Source: Candidatus Woesebacteria bacterium | GTDB taxonomy: Bacteria > Patescibacteriota > Microgenomatia > UBA12405 | Length of the DNA: 64,000 nt | Reading direction: 5' to 3' | Assembly (NCBI GenBank): GCA_035402805.1 | Contig: DAONDY010000002.1 | Span: forward strand, 229,111 to 293,110 | In this document: piece by piece, positions 17,775-28,161 of the stretch | Numbering within the stretch: the stretch's first letter is position 1 | Layout: each line of letters begins with the position of its first letter | Program-made: the position numbers and the translations under genes | The notes under the pieces: model-generated | Told to the model about the DNA's origin: nothing | What the model saw: only the letters and a program-made list of their open reading frames with translations | Databases searched by the model: none

Positions 17775-19139
17775 ATGAAACTTTACAACACTTTAACTAG
17801 ACAAAAACAGGAATTTAAACCAATAAAAGAAAAGGAAGTGGGTATTTATTCTTGTGGACCAACAGTTTATTCAAGTCCTCATATTGGAAATATGTATGCT
17901 TATGTTTGCTGGGATGTATTGGTAAGGACATTAAAATATCTAGGTTATAACATTAATAATGTAATAAATATTACTGATGTTGGGCATTTAACTAGCGATG
18001 AAGATGTTGGGGAGGATAAAATGGAAAAAGGTTCAAAAAAAGAGGGTTTGACGGTTTGGGAAATTGCCAAGAAATATGAAAATGAGTTTTTGGATAATTT
18101 AAGAGAATTGAATATTGAATTGCCTTGGAAAATGCCAAAGGCAACTGATCATATTCAAGAACAGATTGATTTAATTAAAAAAATTGAGGCAAATGGTTTT
18201 ACTTATAAAACAAGTGACGGAATTTACTTTGATACTTCTAAATTTGTTGATTATAAAAAATTTACTAATTTGAATTTGGAAAAAATAAAAGAAGGAGCCA
18301 GGGTGGAGATTAATAAAGAAAAGAAAAATCCGACGGATTTTGCTTTATGGAAGTTTTCTCCTAAGAACCAAAAAAGACAAATGGAATGGGAGAGCCCATG
18401 GGGAGTAGGCTTCCCGGGTTGGCATATTGAGTGTACGGCCATGTCGACTAAATATTTAGGTGAAACTTTTGATATACATACAGGCGGAGAAGATCATATT
18501 AATATTCACCATACTAATGAAATTGCCCAAGGATACGGTGCTTTTGGTCATAATACAGCAAATTATTGGATGCACAATGCTTTTATAACTTTTAAAGGTG
18601 AAAAAATAAGTAAAAGTAGTGGAGGATTGTTTACGGTTAAAGATTTAATAGAGATGGATTTTGATCCAATGGCTTTTAGGTATATGGTTTTGGGTTCACA
18701 TTACAGAAAAGGGATGGAATTTTCTTTAGAAAATTTAAAAATGGCCCAAACTGCCCTTAATAAGTTAAAAGGTTATAAAGTTGAAAGTTTATCAAGTGTA
18801 AATCAAACTTTTAAAAATGAATTTATTGAAAAAATTAGTGATGACTTGGCAATGCCAGAGGTTTTGGCTTTGGTATGGAAAGTGGCTAAATCAGATTTAA
18901 GTCCGGAAGAAAAATGGGCAACAATTTTGGATTTTGATAAAGTTTTAGGATTAAATTTGAATAAAGAAATTGAAGACAAAGAAATTCCTGAAGAAATTTT
19001 AAAATTAGTTGAAGAGAGAAACCAAGCAAGAGAAATTAAAAATTGGGGTGAATCTGATAGATTGAGAGAAGTTATTAAAAATAAAGGTTATCTAGTTGAA
19101 GATTTAGGAAATACCTGTAAAATAAGACCAATAAAGTAA
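17775..19139 (+). CDS. cysS: Cysteinyl-tRNA synthetase
   Basis: HIGN (HIGH motif), KISKS (KMSKS motif), and zinc-binding Cys/His positions typical of CysRS. Confidence 0.9.
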   Translation: MKLYNTLTRQKQEFKPIKEKEVGIYSCGPTVYSSPHIGNMYAYVCWDVLVRTLKYLGYNINNVINITDVGHLTSDEDVGEDKMEKGSKKEGLTVWEIAKKYENEFLDNLRELNIELPWKMPKATDHIQEQIDLIKKIEANGFTYKTSDGIYFDTSKFVDYKKFTNLNLEKIKEGARVEINKEKKNPTDFALWKFSPKNQKRQMEWESPWGVGFPGWHIECTAMSTKYLGETFDIHTGGEDHINIHHTNEIAQGYGAFGHNTANYWMHNAFITFKGEKISKSSGGLFTVKDLIEMDFDPMAFRYMVLGSHYRKGMEFSLENLKMAQTALNKLKGYKVESLSSVNQTFKNEFIEKISDDLAMPEVLALVWKVAKSDLSPEEKWATILDFDKVLGLNLNKEIEDKEIPEEILKLVEERNQAREIKNWGESDRLREVIKNKGYLVEDLGNTCKIRPIK

Positions 19140-19177
19140 TTGTCAAATTACGCTTAATATGTTAACCTAAAAGGTTC

Positions 19178-19468
19178 ATGAAAGGAAGTAAATATCAATA
19201 TCAAATCATAATGGTTTTGGACCCCAAAACCGAAGACAAAGAAAAAGTTTTAACAAAAGCTTGTTCTTGGTTAGAAAGTAATAAAGCTGAAATTTCTAAT
19301 AAAGACCACATGGGTCTTAAGGAATTGGCTTATGAAATAAAAGATCACGATAAAGGTGATTTTTGGGTTTTAGATGTAGAGTCTAAAGAACCTTTAAAAA
19401 TAAAAGGTTTCAATCTTTTATTGGATAGAGAAATAAATATTATTCGTTATTTAATATTAAAAAAGTAA
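19178..19468 (+). CDS. rpsF: 30S ribosomal protein S6
   Basis: S6-like sequence. rpsF-ssb-rpsR synteny. Confidence 0.75.
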   Translation: MKGSKYQYQIIMVLDPKTEDKEKVLTKACSWLESNKAEISNKDHMGLKELAYEIKDHDKGDFWVLDVESKEPLKIKGFNLLLDREINIIRYLILKK

Positions 19469-19480
19469 AAAGGGGGAATT

Positions 19481-19978
19481 ATGCCAAGTAGATGTCTCAA
19501 TAGGGTAATGTTAATCGGTAATTTAACTCGTGACCCAGAGTTAAGATATACTCCAGCTGGTATGGCTGTAGCTTCTTTTGGTTTAGCTACCAATAGAGTT
19601 TGGGTGACCAAACAAGGTGAAAGAAAAGAAGATGCTCAATTTCATCGAATTGTAGCTTGGAATAAATTAGCTGAACTTTGTTCACAGCTTTTATCCAAAG
19701 GTCGAAGAGTTTATGTCGATGGTAGAATTCAATACCGAGAATTCAATGATCAAGAAAATAATAAAAAGCAAATTACAGAAATAGTAATTGACGATATGAT
19801 TATTCTTGATAATAAAGGCAACAATGATCACAATGTGAATGGAGATTTGAGTGGTGAAGCAGAAATGCCAGTAGCTGAAGGTGAACACGAAGCTCCAATT
19901 GAGGATATTGTGATTCCAGATGATTTAGGAGAAATCCCGGTTACTGAAGAAAAAAAAGATGAAGAAATGCCTTTTTAA
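19481..19978 (+). CDS. ssb: Single-stranded DNA-binding protein
   Basis: OB fold (NRVMLIGNLTRDPELRYTPAG...RIVAWNKLAE) and an acidic C-terminal tail ending in F. Confidence 0.9.
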   Translation: MPSRCLNRVMLIGNLTRDPELRYTPAGMAVASFGLATNRVWVTKQGERKEDAQFHRIVAWNKLAELCSQLLSKGRRVYVDGRIQYREFNDQENNKKQITEIVIDDMIILDNKGNNDHNVNGDLSGEAEMPVAEGEHEAPIEDIVIPDDLGEIPVTEEKKDEEMPF

Positions 19979-19987
19979 GGAGAAGAT

Positions 19988-20239
19988 ATGATAAAAAAAA
20001 GCAAAAAAGACAATATATTAGCAGCAAAAAGAAGGGGTAGAGAAAAGGGCTGTTCTTATTGTAAAACTAACACAACTCCAAGTTGGCAAGATTATGAAAA
20101 AATGGGTGAATTTTTATCGGCTAGATCGAGAATATTAGGAGCTCAGTTTAGTGGTGTTTGTGCCAACCATCAGAGAAAATTAGTTAAGGCAATTAAACAA
20201 GCTCGACATTTAGCTTTGATGCCTTTTACAACTAAATAA
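19988..20239 (+). CDS. rpsR: 30S ribosomal protein S18
   Basis: CSYCK...ARSRILGA...QRKLVKAIKQARHLALMPF is typical of S18. Confidence 0.85.
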   Translation: MIKKSKKDNILAAKRRGREKGCSYCKTNTTPSWQDYEKMGEFLSARSRILGAQFSGVCANHQRKLVKAIKQARHLALMPFTTK

Positions 20240-20258
20240 AGTTAAACCGTAAACAAGA

Positions 20259-20283
20259 CCTCCCTTAAAAAGGGAGGTTTTTT
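20259..20283 (+). terminator. Rho-independent terminator after rpsR
   Basis: cctccct-taaaa-agggagg followed by tttttt. TATAAT at 20288-20293, and the next ATG at 20301. Confidence 0.75.
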
Positions 20284-20300
20284 GTTGATATAATTTAACA

Positions 20301-21044
20301 ATGAAGACGAAAGATAAGGCTATTTGGGTAATTAAATTACCGTCTAAAGCCAAAATATTGGTTAAGGTTGGCGATAAGGTTGATAATGATCAAAAGTTAG
20401 CTATTTTTAGTAGCCACAAGATAGAAACTTTTGATTATAGTGGTCCATTGTCAAAAATGGATGAAACTAAAAGGCAGGATTTAGATAATTTTATTAGAGG
20501 TAAACAGGTGAATTCTGGTGATATGTTTTGTGATTTAGGAATTTTTAAAAATAAAATTTTTTTCCCATTGACTGGTTTATGCTTGGGTTTGGATGAATTT
20601 AAAAATTTGAGAATTGAAAAGATAGAAGAAGACAAAAAAGAGATTTTGTCTCCGGTTGAAGCTAAAGTAAGTAAAATAGAGGAGGGGAAGATGGTTTTAG
20701 AGTTCAAAGCAAAAGAATATAGTGGTACTGGGTTAAATCAGTTGAAGGCTTGGGGTAACGGGGAAATTAAAATTGTGGACGATATTAAACTTTTAAATTT
20801 TGAGTTGGATGATAATGTTTTATTTACAGAAAATTTAGATAAAACCTTTTTATTGAAAGCACAGGTTATTGGAGTTAGGGCAGTGGTAACCCCTAATGAG
20901 GATGTTAAAGAGGTGGACATTAACATTCCGGTGTTGAGATTAGAAAAAAAAGTTTGGGAGGATTTTATGAAAGAAAACCTAGGTAAAAAGAGAAAGATGT
21001 TAGTAAATGCTTCGAAAGAGAAATTGTTATTAGTGTTAGAATAG
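20301..21044 (+). CDS. Hypothetical protein
   Basis: ORF with no recognisable motif. Precedes ctpA and htrA. Confidence 0.35.
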   Translation: MKTKDKAIWVIKLPSKAKILVKVGDKVDNDQKLAIFSSHKIETFDYSGPLSKMDETKRQDLDNFIRGKQVNSGDMFCDLGIFKNKIFFPLTGLCLGLDEFKNLRIEKIEEDKKEILSPVEAKVSKIEEGKMVLEFKAKEYSGTGLNQLKAWGNGEIKIVDDIKLLNFELDDNVLFTENLDKTFLLKAQVIGVRAVVTPNEDVKEVDINIPVLRLEKKVWEDFMKENLGKKRKMLVNASKEKLLLVLE

Positions 21045-22244
21045 ATGATGAAATTTAAATATATAAGAAATTTATTTGTAATTTTTGCCTTATTATCCGT
21101 AGTTTCTTTAGTTAGTTTTAAAATTGGCCAAGATACCAGTGGAAAAGTAATTGATTCTAATGGTGGTGGATTAAATTTATCCTTGATGTGGCAAGTAAAA
21201 GATAAATTAAGCCAAATGTTTTTGGAAAAAGATAAATTAGTTGACAAAAATATGGAGTATGGAGCGATTAAGGGAATGGTGGCGGCGTTAGATGATCCAT
21301 ACACGGTATTTTTGACACCAAAGGAAAATAAAAGCACAAATGAAACTTTAGCCGGGGAATTTGGTGGAGTAGGAATTTCTTTGGGATACAAAGATGGAGT
21401 ATTGGCGGTAGTGTCTCCTTTAAAAGGGACACCGGCAGAAAAAGCAGGAGTAAAGGCAGGTGATTTAATTGTCCATATAACCGATACCTTAAATAAGGTT
21501 GATAGAGATACTAACGACATTACCTTAGATGAAGCCGTGAGTTTAATTAGGGGTAAAATTGGTACCGAAGTGACTTTAAAAATGTATCGCGAAGGCAAGA
21601 GTGATTATTTTGATGTGGTTTTAAAAAGAGACAATATTGTGGTTCCAAACATAACTTTAGAATGGAAAGAAAAGGATGGTAAAAAAATAGCTTATATTCA
21701 GTTAAGTCAATTTAGTGAGACATTGTTTACTGATTGGCCCAAAATGGTTCAAGAAATTAAAAAAGAAAAGAATTTGGGTGGAGTTATTTTGGATTTAAGA
21801 AATAATCCGGGTGGATATTTACAGGCCAGTGTCTTGGTGGCTTCTGATTTTGTTAAAGAAGGAGTAATCGTGACCCAAGAATCTTATGACGGAAAGAAAG
21901 AGGTCTATAAGGTTGAAGAAGGGAATGGAAATCTGTTGAATGAAAAATTAGTGGTTTTAATTAATGGCGGTTCAGCGTCGGCATCGGAAATCTTGGCTGG
22001 AGCCTTAAAAGACTATAATAGAGCAAAATTAGTTGGAGAAAAAAGTTTTGGAAAAGGGACGGTCCAACAACCGGAGGATTTTAAGGATGGCAGTGGTTTG
22101 CATATAACCATCGCTAAGTGGTTACTACCCAGTGGAAAAAATATTCATAAAGTAGGAATCGAACCAGATATTGAAATTAAGTCTGGTGACGATATCAAAA
22201 TAGATTTACAGCTAAATAAAGCTTTGGAAGTAATTCTAAAATAG
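21045..22244 (+). CDS. ctpA: Carboxy-terminal processing peptidase (S41 family)
   Basis: PDZ segment (GVGISLGY...), LDLRNNPGGY, and INGGSASASEILAGAL. Confidence 0.85.
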   Translation: MMKFKYIRNLFVIFALLSVVSLVSFKIGQDTSGKVIDSNGGGLNLSLMWQVKDKLSQMFLEKDKLVDKNMEYGAIKGMVAALDDPYTVFLTPKENKSTNETLAGEFGGVGISLGYKDGVLAVVSPLKGTPAEKAGVKAGDLIVHITDTLNKVDRDTNDITLDEAVSLIRGKIGTEVTLKMYREGKSDYFDVVLKRDNIVVPNITLEWKEKDGKKIAYIQLSQFSETLFTDWPKMVQEIKKEKNLGGVILDLRNNPGGYLQASVLVASDFVKEGVIVTQESYDGKKEVYKVEEGNGNLLNEKLVVLINGGSASASEILAGALKDYNRAKLVGEKSFGKGTVQQPEDFKDGSGLHITIAKWLLPSGKNIHKVGIEPDIEIKSGDDIKIDLQLNKALEVILK

Positions 22245-22249
22245 ATTTT

Positions 22250-23227
22250 ATGAAAAAAGGAATAGTGATAGGATTATTTTTGGGAGTTTTTGTAATGAGT
22301 CTGTTTTTTTTATTTTTAAATAAAAAAGAGACTATTAAAATTAAAAAAGAGATTATCGATGAAGAATCGGTGGTGACAGAAGTGGTTGAAAAAGCAACTC
22401 CAAGTGTAGTAACAATAAGAACTGAAAGGGATATTGGAACGGGATTTATAGTTAGTTCTGATGGTTTAATTGTGACTAATAAACATGTAGTGGCTGATAT
22501 TGGGACTAAATATAAAGTGATAATTGATAAAGAGGAAATTGAGGTTAAAGATATTTACCGGGATCCTTTAAATGATTTGGCCATTATAAAGATAGAAAAA
22601 AATAATTTAAATAAAGTTGATCTTGGTGATTCTGATAAATTAAAAGTAGGACAATCGGTGATTGCCATTGGGACAGCTTTGGGTGAATTTAGGTCAACAG
22701 TGACGACTGGAGTGATTTCGGGATTAGGGAGGGGAATTACGGCAGGCGAAGTGGGTGAGGTGGAAAAATTAACTAATGTAATTCAAACTGATGCGGCAAT
22801 TAATCCTGGTAATTCTGGTGGTCCATTATTTAACTCTAGCGGTCAGGTGATTGGAGTTAATGTAGCCGTGTCACAAAGCGGACAAAATATCGGTTTTGCT
22901 TTGCCAATAAATTTAGTTAAAGAATCGATTGACTATTTTAGGGAAACAGGGGAGTTTGAAAGACCTTATTTGGGAGTGGGTTATAAAATGATGGAAAAAG
23001 GGGCTTGGGTGGAAAGTATTTTGGAAAATAGTCCGGCAAGTAAGGCAGATATTAAAATCGGTGACATAATTATTGAAATTGATGGACAAAAAATAAATAA
23101 AAGCGATAATGGGGATTTGGTAAAAATAATCAATCAGAAAAAAATAGGACAGATAATTAATATAAAAATTCAAAGAGAAAAAACGGAAAAAATAGTTGAT
23201 GTAAATTTAGAAAAGAAAATTAATTAA
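22250..23227 (+). CDS. htrA: HtrA/DegP-family serine protease with PDZ domain
   Basis: Catalytic triad context (TNKHVV, D, GNSGGPL) and a C-terminal PDZ. Confidence 0.85.
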   Translation: MKKGIVIGLFLGVFVMSLFFLFLNKKETIKIKKEIIDEESVVTEVVEKATPSVVTIRTERDIGTGFIVSSDGLIVTNKHVVADIGTKYKVIIDKEEIEVKDIYRDPLNDLAIIKIEKNNLNKVDLGDSDKLKVGQSVIAIGTALGEFRSTVTTGVISGLGRGITAGEVGEVEKLTNVIQTDAAINPGNSGGPLFNSSGQVIGVNVAVSQSGQNIGFALPINLVKESIDYFRETGEFERPYLGVGYKMMEKGAWVESILENSPASKADIKIGDIIIEIDGQKINKSDNGDLVKIINQKKIGQIINIKIQREKTEKIVDVNLEKKIN

Positions 23228-23953
23228 TTTTCTTTTTTTTTCAGTTGGTTGGTCGAGGACAGTGAGTTCGAGAAGTAAATCGTCTAGATTGCCTTGTAAG
23301 ATACTGTCCAAGTTATTGAAGGTTTTGTCTATTCTATGGTCTTTTATTTGATTTCTTGGGTAATTGTATGTTCGAATTTTATCAGCTCGGCCTGATTGGC
23401 TGATACCGGATCGACCGGCGGCCAATTGAGCTTGTTTTTTTTCTTCTTCTATTTGATAAAGTTTATTTTGTAAAAGCTTTAAAGCGATTTCGCGGTTTTG
23501 TTGTTGATAGCGTTCTGTACGAACATCAAACATTAATCCAGTTGGTTTGTGAACCAAATGGACGGCAGTGGACACCTTATTGACGTTTTGACCACCATTG
23601 CCTCCAGCTCGACTGGCGGTGATGACAACATCATCCATACTAAAATTAATTTCTTTTGATTCAATCTGGGGCATAATAGCAATAGAAGCAGTAGAAGTTT
23701 GAAGACGACCACGTTTTTCAGTTATGGGAATTCTTTGGACACGATGGGTACCGGCCTCATATTTTAATTGATTATAAGCATCAAATCCGGAAATTTGGAT
23801 TATAAAACCATCAATCTGTCTAACTTTCCAACCGACTTTATTGGCGTAGCGGACATACATATTCATTAAATCCTGAGCCCAGAGAGATGCTTCTTGACCT
23901 CCCGGACCTGGGTGAAATTCCATGATGGCGATATTGGGATTAATTGTTGGCAT
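23207..23953 (-). CDS. prfA: Class I peptide chain release factor (RF1-like, PxT = PIT) lacking N-terminal domain 1
   Basis: GGQ motif ([13 protein letters not shown]) and the codon-recognition region [10 protein letters not shown] (PxT type). The alignment to RF1 starts at about residue 105 of the E. coli protein. The rpmE stop lies 11 nt upstream of the ATG. Confidence 0.7.
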   Translation of the reverse strand: MPTINPNIAIMEFHPGPGGQEASLWAQDLMNMYVRYANKVGWKVRQIDGFIIQISGFDAYNQLKYEAGTHRVQRIPITEKRGRLQTSTASIAIMPQIESKEINFSMDDVVITASRAGGNGGQNVNKVSTAVHLVHKPTGLMFDVRTERYQQQNREIALKLLQNKLYQIEEEKKQAQLAAGRSGISQSGRADKIRTYNYPRNQIKDHRIDKTFNNLDSILQGNLDDLLLELTVLDQPTEKKRKLINFLF

Positions 23954-23964
23954 GTAAGCAAAAC

Positions 23965-24219
23965 CTAGTTTGATTTTTTGGCTTCTTTTTTAGCGGCTTT
24001 ATCAGCGGCGTATTTTTTACCCTGACCAACTTTTTCGTTGAATTTATCAATTCTACCTTTAATGTCGACAAATTTTTGTTGACCAGTAAAGAAAGGATGA
24101 CATTTAGAACAAACTTCAACGTCGATTTTTTCTAAAGTTGAACCAGTAGTAAATTTATTGCCACAAGCACAAGTGACTTGGCAATTGTCAAAATATTGAG
24201 GATGAATTCCTTGTTTCAT
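23965..24219 (-). CDS. rpmE: 50S ribosomal protein L31
   Basis: MKQGIHPQY...C..C...C..CHPFFTG is typical of L31. Confidence 0.85.
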   Translation of the reverse strand: MKQGIHPQYFDNCQVTCACGNKFTTGSTLEKIDVEVCSKCHPFFTGQQKFVDIKGRIDKFNEKVGQGKKYAADKAAKKEAKKSN

Positions 24220-24227
24220 AGGGTTTA

Positions 24228-25463
24228 TTATAGCATACTAATCAGTTCTTCTAATCCAACTGATTTTTGTTCGGTAGTAGCTAGATTTTTAACTGTAATT
24301 TGATTATTTTTTGCTTCGTCGGTACCAATGATAGCTACGTAATTAACACCTAAATTATCGGCATATTTTATTTGTTTGCCAAGCTTGTCTGGATCAGGAT
24401 AGACAATGCAGGAAATATTATTTTGTCGGAGAGTTGAACTTAAGTTTAAGATATTACTTTCTGTTTCTGGACCAAAATTGGCAATTAAAATTTTCGTTTT
24501 TGATTTATTGGCCTCTGGGAGAAGATCGAGCTCTTTAATAACATCGATAACCCGTTCAAATCCAAAAGCGAAACCAACAGCGGGGATATTAGGTCCACCA
24601 AGAGTGGAGACTAAATTATCATAACGACCACCACCACCGATGGCACCAATTTTTGGTTCCAACACACTAACTTCAAAAATGGTTCCAGTATAATAATCAC
24701 AACCGCGAACTAGAGTTGGATCAAAAACATAAGCATTATCTGGGAGTCCAAAAATCTTTAATTTGTCTAAGACTTGTTTTAAGTTTTCATCTGGTTGAGC
24801 TTCTTTGATATATTTAAAGAGATTGTTAATTTGGGTTTGTACTAAACCCTTAGAATTGAGCTCATCTTTTACTCCATTTTCACCTATTTTCCCTAACTTA
24901 TCAAGAGATTGAAGTATACTATTTTGATCTTTTTCAATGCCACTTTTGGCCAAAATATCAAAAAGAACCTGACGACTATTTATGGAGATAATAGTATTTT
25001 TAAAATTCAATTTTTGGACGCCAGCATAAATTATGGAAATTATTTCGGCATCAGCGATAGGGGATAAAGTCCCAAAAATATCTACATCGCATTGGACAAA
25101 TTCTCGATAACGGCCCTTTTGGGTGTTTTCAGCTCGCCAAACTGGTTGAATTTGATAGCGTTTAAAAGGAAGTTGAATTTCGTTATTATAAATAGCTAAA
25201 ACCTTAGAAGCGGGAACAGTTAAATCGTAACGAAGACCGACTTCGCGATCACCATTATCTTTAAAGAAATAGCCTAATTTGTCATCAGTTTCGTTACTGT
25301 ATTTACCTTTTAAAACCGAAGCATATTCTAGAGCTGGGGTTTCCAACGGGGAAAAACCATATTTTTCAAAAATATCAATTAAGGTATTTTTGACATAGTT
25401 ACGGATACCCATGTCTTTAGGCAAAAAATCTCTGAAACCTTTTAATGTTTGTGGTTTGATCAT
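24228..25463 (-). CDS. hisS: Histidyl-tRNA synthetase
   Basis: [15 protein letters not shown] start. Class II motifs and GGGRYD. The start is taken at the internal Met (25463). Confidence 0.85.
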   Translation of the reverse strand: MIKPQTLKGFRDFLPKDMGIRNYVKNTLIDIFEKYGFSPLETPALEYASVLKGKYSNETDDKLGYFFKDNGDREVGLRYDLTVPASKVLAIYNNEIQLPFKRYQIQPVWRAENTQKGRYREFVQCDVDIFGTLSPIADAEIISIIYAGVQKLNFKNTIISINSRQVLFDILAKSGIEKDQNSILQSLDKLGKIGENGVKDELNSKGLVQTQINNLFKYIKEAQPDENLKQVLDKLKIFGLPDNAYVFDPTLVRGCDYYTGTIFEVSVLEPKIGAIGGGGRYDNLVSTLGGPNIPAVGFAFGFERVIDVIKELDLLPEANKSKTKILIANFGPETESNILNLSSTLRQNNISCIVYPDPDKLGKQIKYADNLGVNYVAIIGTDEAKNNQITVKNLATTEQKSVGLEELISML

Positions 25464-25505
25464 GATGTATTTTAAATGAAAGCGACTTTGAAGTAAAATA
25501 GAGTA

Positions 25506-26228
25506 ATGAATATGGTGCAATTATTTTTTGATGATTGGGAATTAACTGTAGATTTGGAAGGTGGAAGAATTGATAGTCTTAAAAATAGGGGAATATTAAT
25601 TTTAGGGAGTTTTGAAAGAATTGATGGGAAAAGGGGTAATACTCATGTGTGTGTGCCAAATTTTGCTAATGATGGAGTTAAAAAATATGGATTGCCATTT
25701 CATGGATTTTTTAGAAATGCGCCATGGGTTTTAGTGCAAAAGACAGAAAATTTATTAGAAATAAGTTGCGAAACAATGGGTTTTGATGTCCATCAAATTT
25801 TTTCTTTAAATAAAGAATATTTTAATCAGAAATTAACAGTGGAAAATAAAAATGATGAAGAAAAACCGGTAAATGTGGCAATTCATAACTATTGGTCAAG
25901 TGAATTGGGTTGGCAAGGAGCAACATTAAATGGTTTTGATTTGAGTATGGGAATAAAAAATAATGATTTTAATAATTTACGTCAGTTAAATGATATTGAT
26001 ATTCCAGGAAAGCCTCTGATTAAATGGCAATTAATAGGTTTTAATTATGCTAAATTGTGGACTGGTTTTTTGGAGGAGGGAAATAATAAAATTTTTGATA
26101 ATAATTATTTTTGTGTAGAACCAATCATGGAAAAGGACGAAAATTATTTTGGAAGTGAAAAATCAATGTTGCAGCCAAAAACAAAAATAGAGTTAAGGCA
26201 AATGATTGGGGTGGTATATCGGACTTGA
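25506..26228 (+). CDS. Aldose 1-epimerase family protein (YeaD/hexose-6-P mutarotase-like)
   Basis: HGFFRNAPW (HGFAR motif) and an N-terminal mutarotase-like segment. The 3' end overlaps tRNA-His by about 20 nt. Confidence 0.45.
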   Translation: MNMVQLFFDDWELTVDLEGGRIDSLKNRGILILGSFERIDGKRGNTHVCVPNFANDGVKKYGLPFHGFFRNAPWVLVQKTENLLEISCETMGFDVHQIFSLNKEYFNQKLTVENKNDEEKPVNVAIHNYWSSELGWQGATLNGFDLSMGIKNNDFNNLRQLNDIDIPGKPLIKWQLIGFNYAKLWTGFLEEGNNKIFDNNYFCVEPIMEKDENYFGSEKSMLQPKTKIELRQMIGVVYRT

Positions 26229-26284
26229 ACCGACAACCTCAGCTTTCACAGAGCTGCGCTCTAACCAATTGAGCTAATACCACC
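26207..26284 (-). tRNA. tRNA-His (anticodon GUG) with genomically encoded G-1 and 3' CCA
   Basis: Cloverleaf: G(-1)+GTGGTAT/ATACCAC acceptor, D-arm GCTC/GAGC, anticodon stem CAGCT/AGCTG with loop CTGTGAA, T-arm GTCGG-TTCAAGT-CCGAT, discriminator C, then CCA. Confidence 0.85.
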
Positions 26285-26358
26285 ATGAGATTGGGTGTAA
26301 TTTCCTATGACGAATGTCAGAAGAAAATAGTGGTTTATTTTAACATGAAGGGAAGTAT

Positions 26359-27054
26359 TTAGTTGTTTGTTGAAGTATTTGAAGCTTGAGCGGTAACAGA
26401 ATCCATAGTGATAATCTTAGAAACATAGAAAGTTTTGGCGATTTTGGCGTCTGGTTGAATAATTACAACGATTTTTTGGCCAGCTTTTAATTTGTCGAGG
26501 GCTAATTTATTGTTATCTTTATCTAATATTTCGGTTTTAGCGTCGGTTTTGATTTGATATTGGATTTCTTTATTTTTAATAGGGATAAGAACAAAAACAG
26601 GTGACGATTGGGAAATATCGACAATTTTTCCTAGAACTATTTCATTTTTATTTTGGATGGTTTTTAAGTCAGTGACAACGACTCTTTTGGCCTCAAAATT
26701 ACCATATTGATTTAAATAACCCATGGCTAAAATATCTTGTCCAGATTTTATATTTTCAACTTTAGTTTTATTTCTTTTAATATCAATAAAAACAGTGTCT
26801 TCGGTTATGGTAATAGATTTAGATTCGTTTTTATAGCTAACAACTATTTGGCTGGAATCGATTTGGGTAATGGTACCAATAATTGATCTTGGCTCAACGG
26901 AAGTAGAATCAGTGTTTTGAAGTAGGTCTTTAACTTTTTGTTGAACCATTTGTAAAACTTCTCTATTAGGAGCAATAGTAGGGACGGCGGTGACTTCCTG
27001 AGCAAAAACTGGTGAAGAGAAAAAAACAGAAAGAATGAATAAAAATAAATACAT
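26359..27054 (-). CDS. Hypothetical secreted protein (signal peptide)
   Basis: N-terminal MYLFLFILSVFFSSPVFAQE signal peptide. No other recognisable motif. Confidence 0.4.
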   Translation of the reverse strand: MYLFLFILSVFFSSPVFAQEVTAVPTIAPNREVLQMVQQKVKDLLQNTDSTSVEPRSIIGTITQIDSSQIVVSYKNESKSITITEDTVFIDIKRNKTKVENIKSGQDILAMGYLNQYGNFEAKRVVVTDLKTIQNKNEIVLGKIVDISQSSPVFVLIPIKNKEIQYQIKTDAKTEILDKDNNKLALDKLKAGQKIVVIIQPDAKIAKTFYVSKIITMDSVTAQASNTSTNN

Positions 27055-27058
27055 AAAA

Positions 27059-27520
27059 TTAAATTTTAGCAGTGGAATAAATAAGATTTAACTCAGTTTC
27101 GCTTTGATTATCTTCAGAATCTATGCTGTCAATTTTAATTAGATTAAGACCACTATCTAGCTCAATACTAATACTAAAAACGCCGTTGGCATTACTTTTG
27201 CCACTAAAAGTTTTAGTTGGGGTGGAAATAATGATTAAACTATTTGGTTTACTGTCGCCCTTAATACTAATTTTCGAATTAGAAAGAACGGCGTTGTTTT
27301 CTGGGGAAGTAATATTGATGGAAGATTCGGTTTTAGAAACGCTGGGAGTAGTTGAAATTTGGGTTGACATTTGTAAATCAGTGATGGTTGGGGTAGGAAT
27401 AGTCTCGGTTTGATTTTGTCTAGGTACGCTTTTATTTTTATTGAGAGCAAAAAAAGCTCCGGTAATACCGAATCCTAGAATTGATCCGAGAGCGATGGCT
27501 AAAATAAGTTCTTTAATCAT
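27059..27520 (-). CDS. Hypothetical membrane-anchored Ser/Thr-rich surface protein
   Basis: TM anchor, an S/T/P-rich linker, and a beta-rich C-terminus. The start is taken at the internal Met. Confidence 0.35.
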   Translation of the reverse strand: MIKELILAIALGSILGFGITGAFFALNKNKSVPRQNQTETIPTPTITDLQMSTQISTTPSVSKTESSINITSPENNAVLSNSKISIKGDSKPNSLIIISTPTKTFSGKSNANGVFSISIELDSGLNLIKIDSIDSEDNQSETELNLIYSTAKI

Positions 27521-27576
27521 TTTACTATTATAGATGATATCACAAATAGTCAAAAGTTGATGATAGAATTGAAGAT

Positions 27577-28155
27577 ATGGAAATAAAAAATCTAGAAAAT
27601 CAATCAATTTATTTAAAGGGTAAAAAAGAGAGTGTTTTGATTAATCCGGCTAAAGAGATAAGAAATGATAGTAAATATTTATCAAGGATATTTTTGTTTA
27701 CATCAGAAAAATACGACGGAATGGGTTTCGATGGAGATAAAATATTGATTAGGGCTCCTGGCGAATATGAGGTTGGTGGGGTGGAAATAAATGGTTATAA
27801 TTCAGGAAATAGTAATACGCTTTATGTTTTATATATAGATGGAATTAAAGTAGTATTTTTAGGAGATTTGGAGGAAGCTTTAAGTGATAAAAGAATTGAA
27901 AAAATAGATTCGGCTGATGTGTTGATAGCTCCAGTTTTGATAAAAGAAAGTGCTAGTGGAAAGTTAGTTTTAGAGTGGGCTAAAAAATGGGGAGTAAATT
28001 ATTTAATTCCTGTTGGCTATGATGAAAATAAAGAGGCTTTAGATAAATTTTTGGATCAGGCAGATCAAGAAGGATTGGAAGCAGTAGAGTCTTTAAAAGT
28101 AGATAAAGATGATCTTCCAGATGGCTTAGAGTTGAAAGTATTAAAAAAGGTATAA
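27577..28155 (+). CDS. Hypothetical protein. A metallo-beta-lactamase-like fold is possible, but the metal ligands are not evident.
   Basis: Weak resemblance to Lactamase_B_3-type proteins. No HxHxDH motif. Confidence 0.25.
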   Translation: MEIKNLENQSIYLKGKKESVLINPAKEIRNDSKYLSRIFLFTSEKYDGMGFDGDKILIRAPGEYEVGGVEINGYNSGNSNTLYVLYIDGIKVVFLGDLEEALSDKRIEKIDSADVLIAPVLIKESASGKLVLEWAKKWGVNYLIPVGYDENKEALDKFLDQADQEGLEAVESLKVDKDDLPDGLELKVLKKV

Positions 28156-28161
28156 TAACGT

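Noticed and set aside
20738-21598. 286-aa ORF on the minus strand
   Set aside because: It is entirely antisense to the well-supported ctpA (S41 peptidase) and the upstream hypothetical gene. The sequence is low-complexity S/L/F-rich with no motif. It is a typical shadow ORF.
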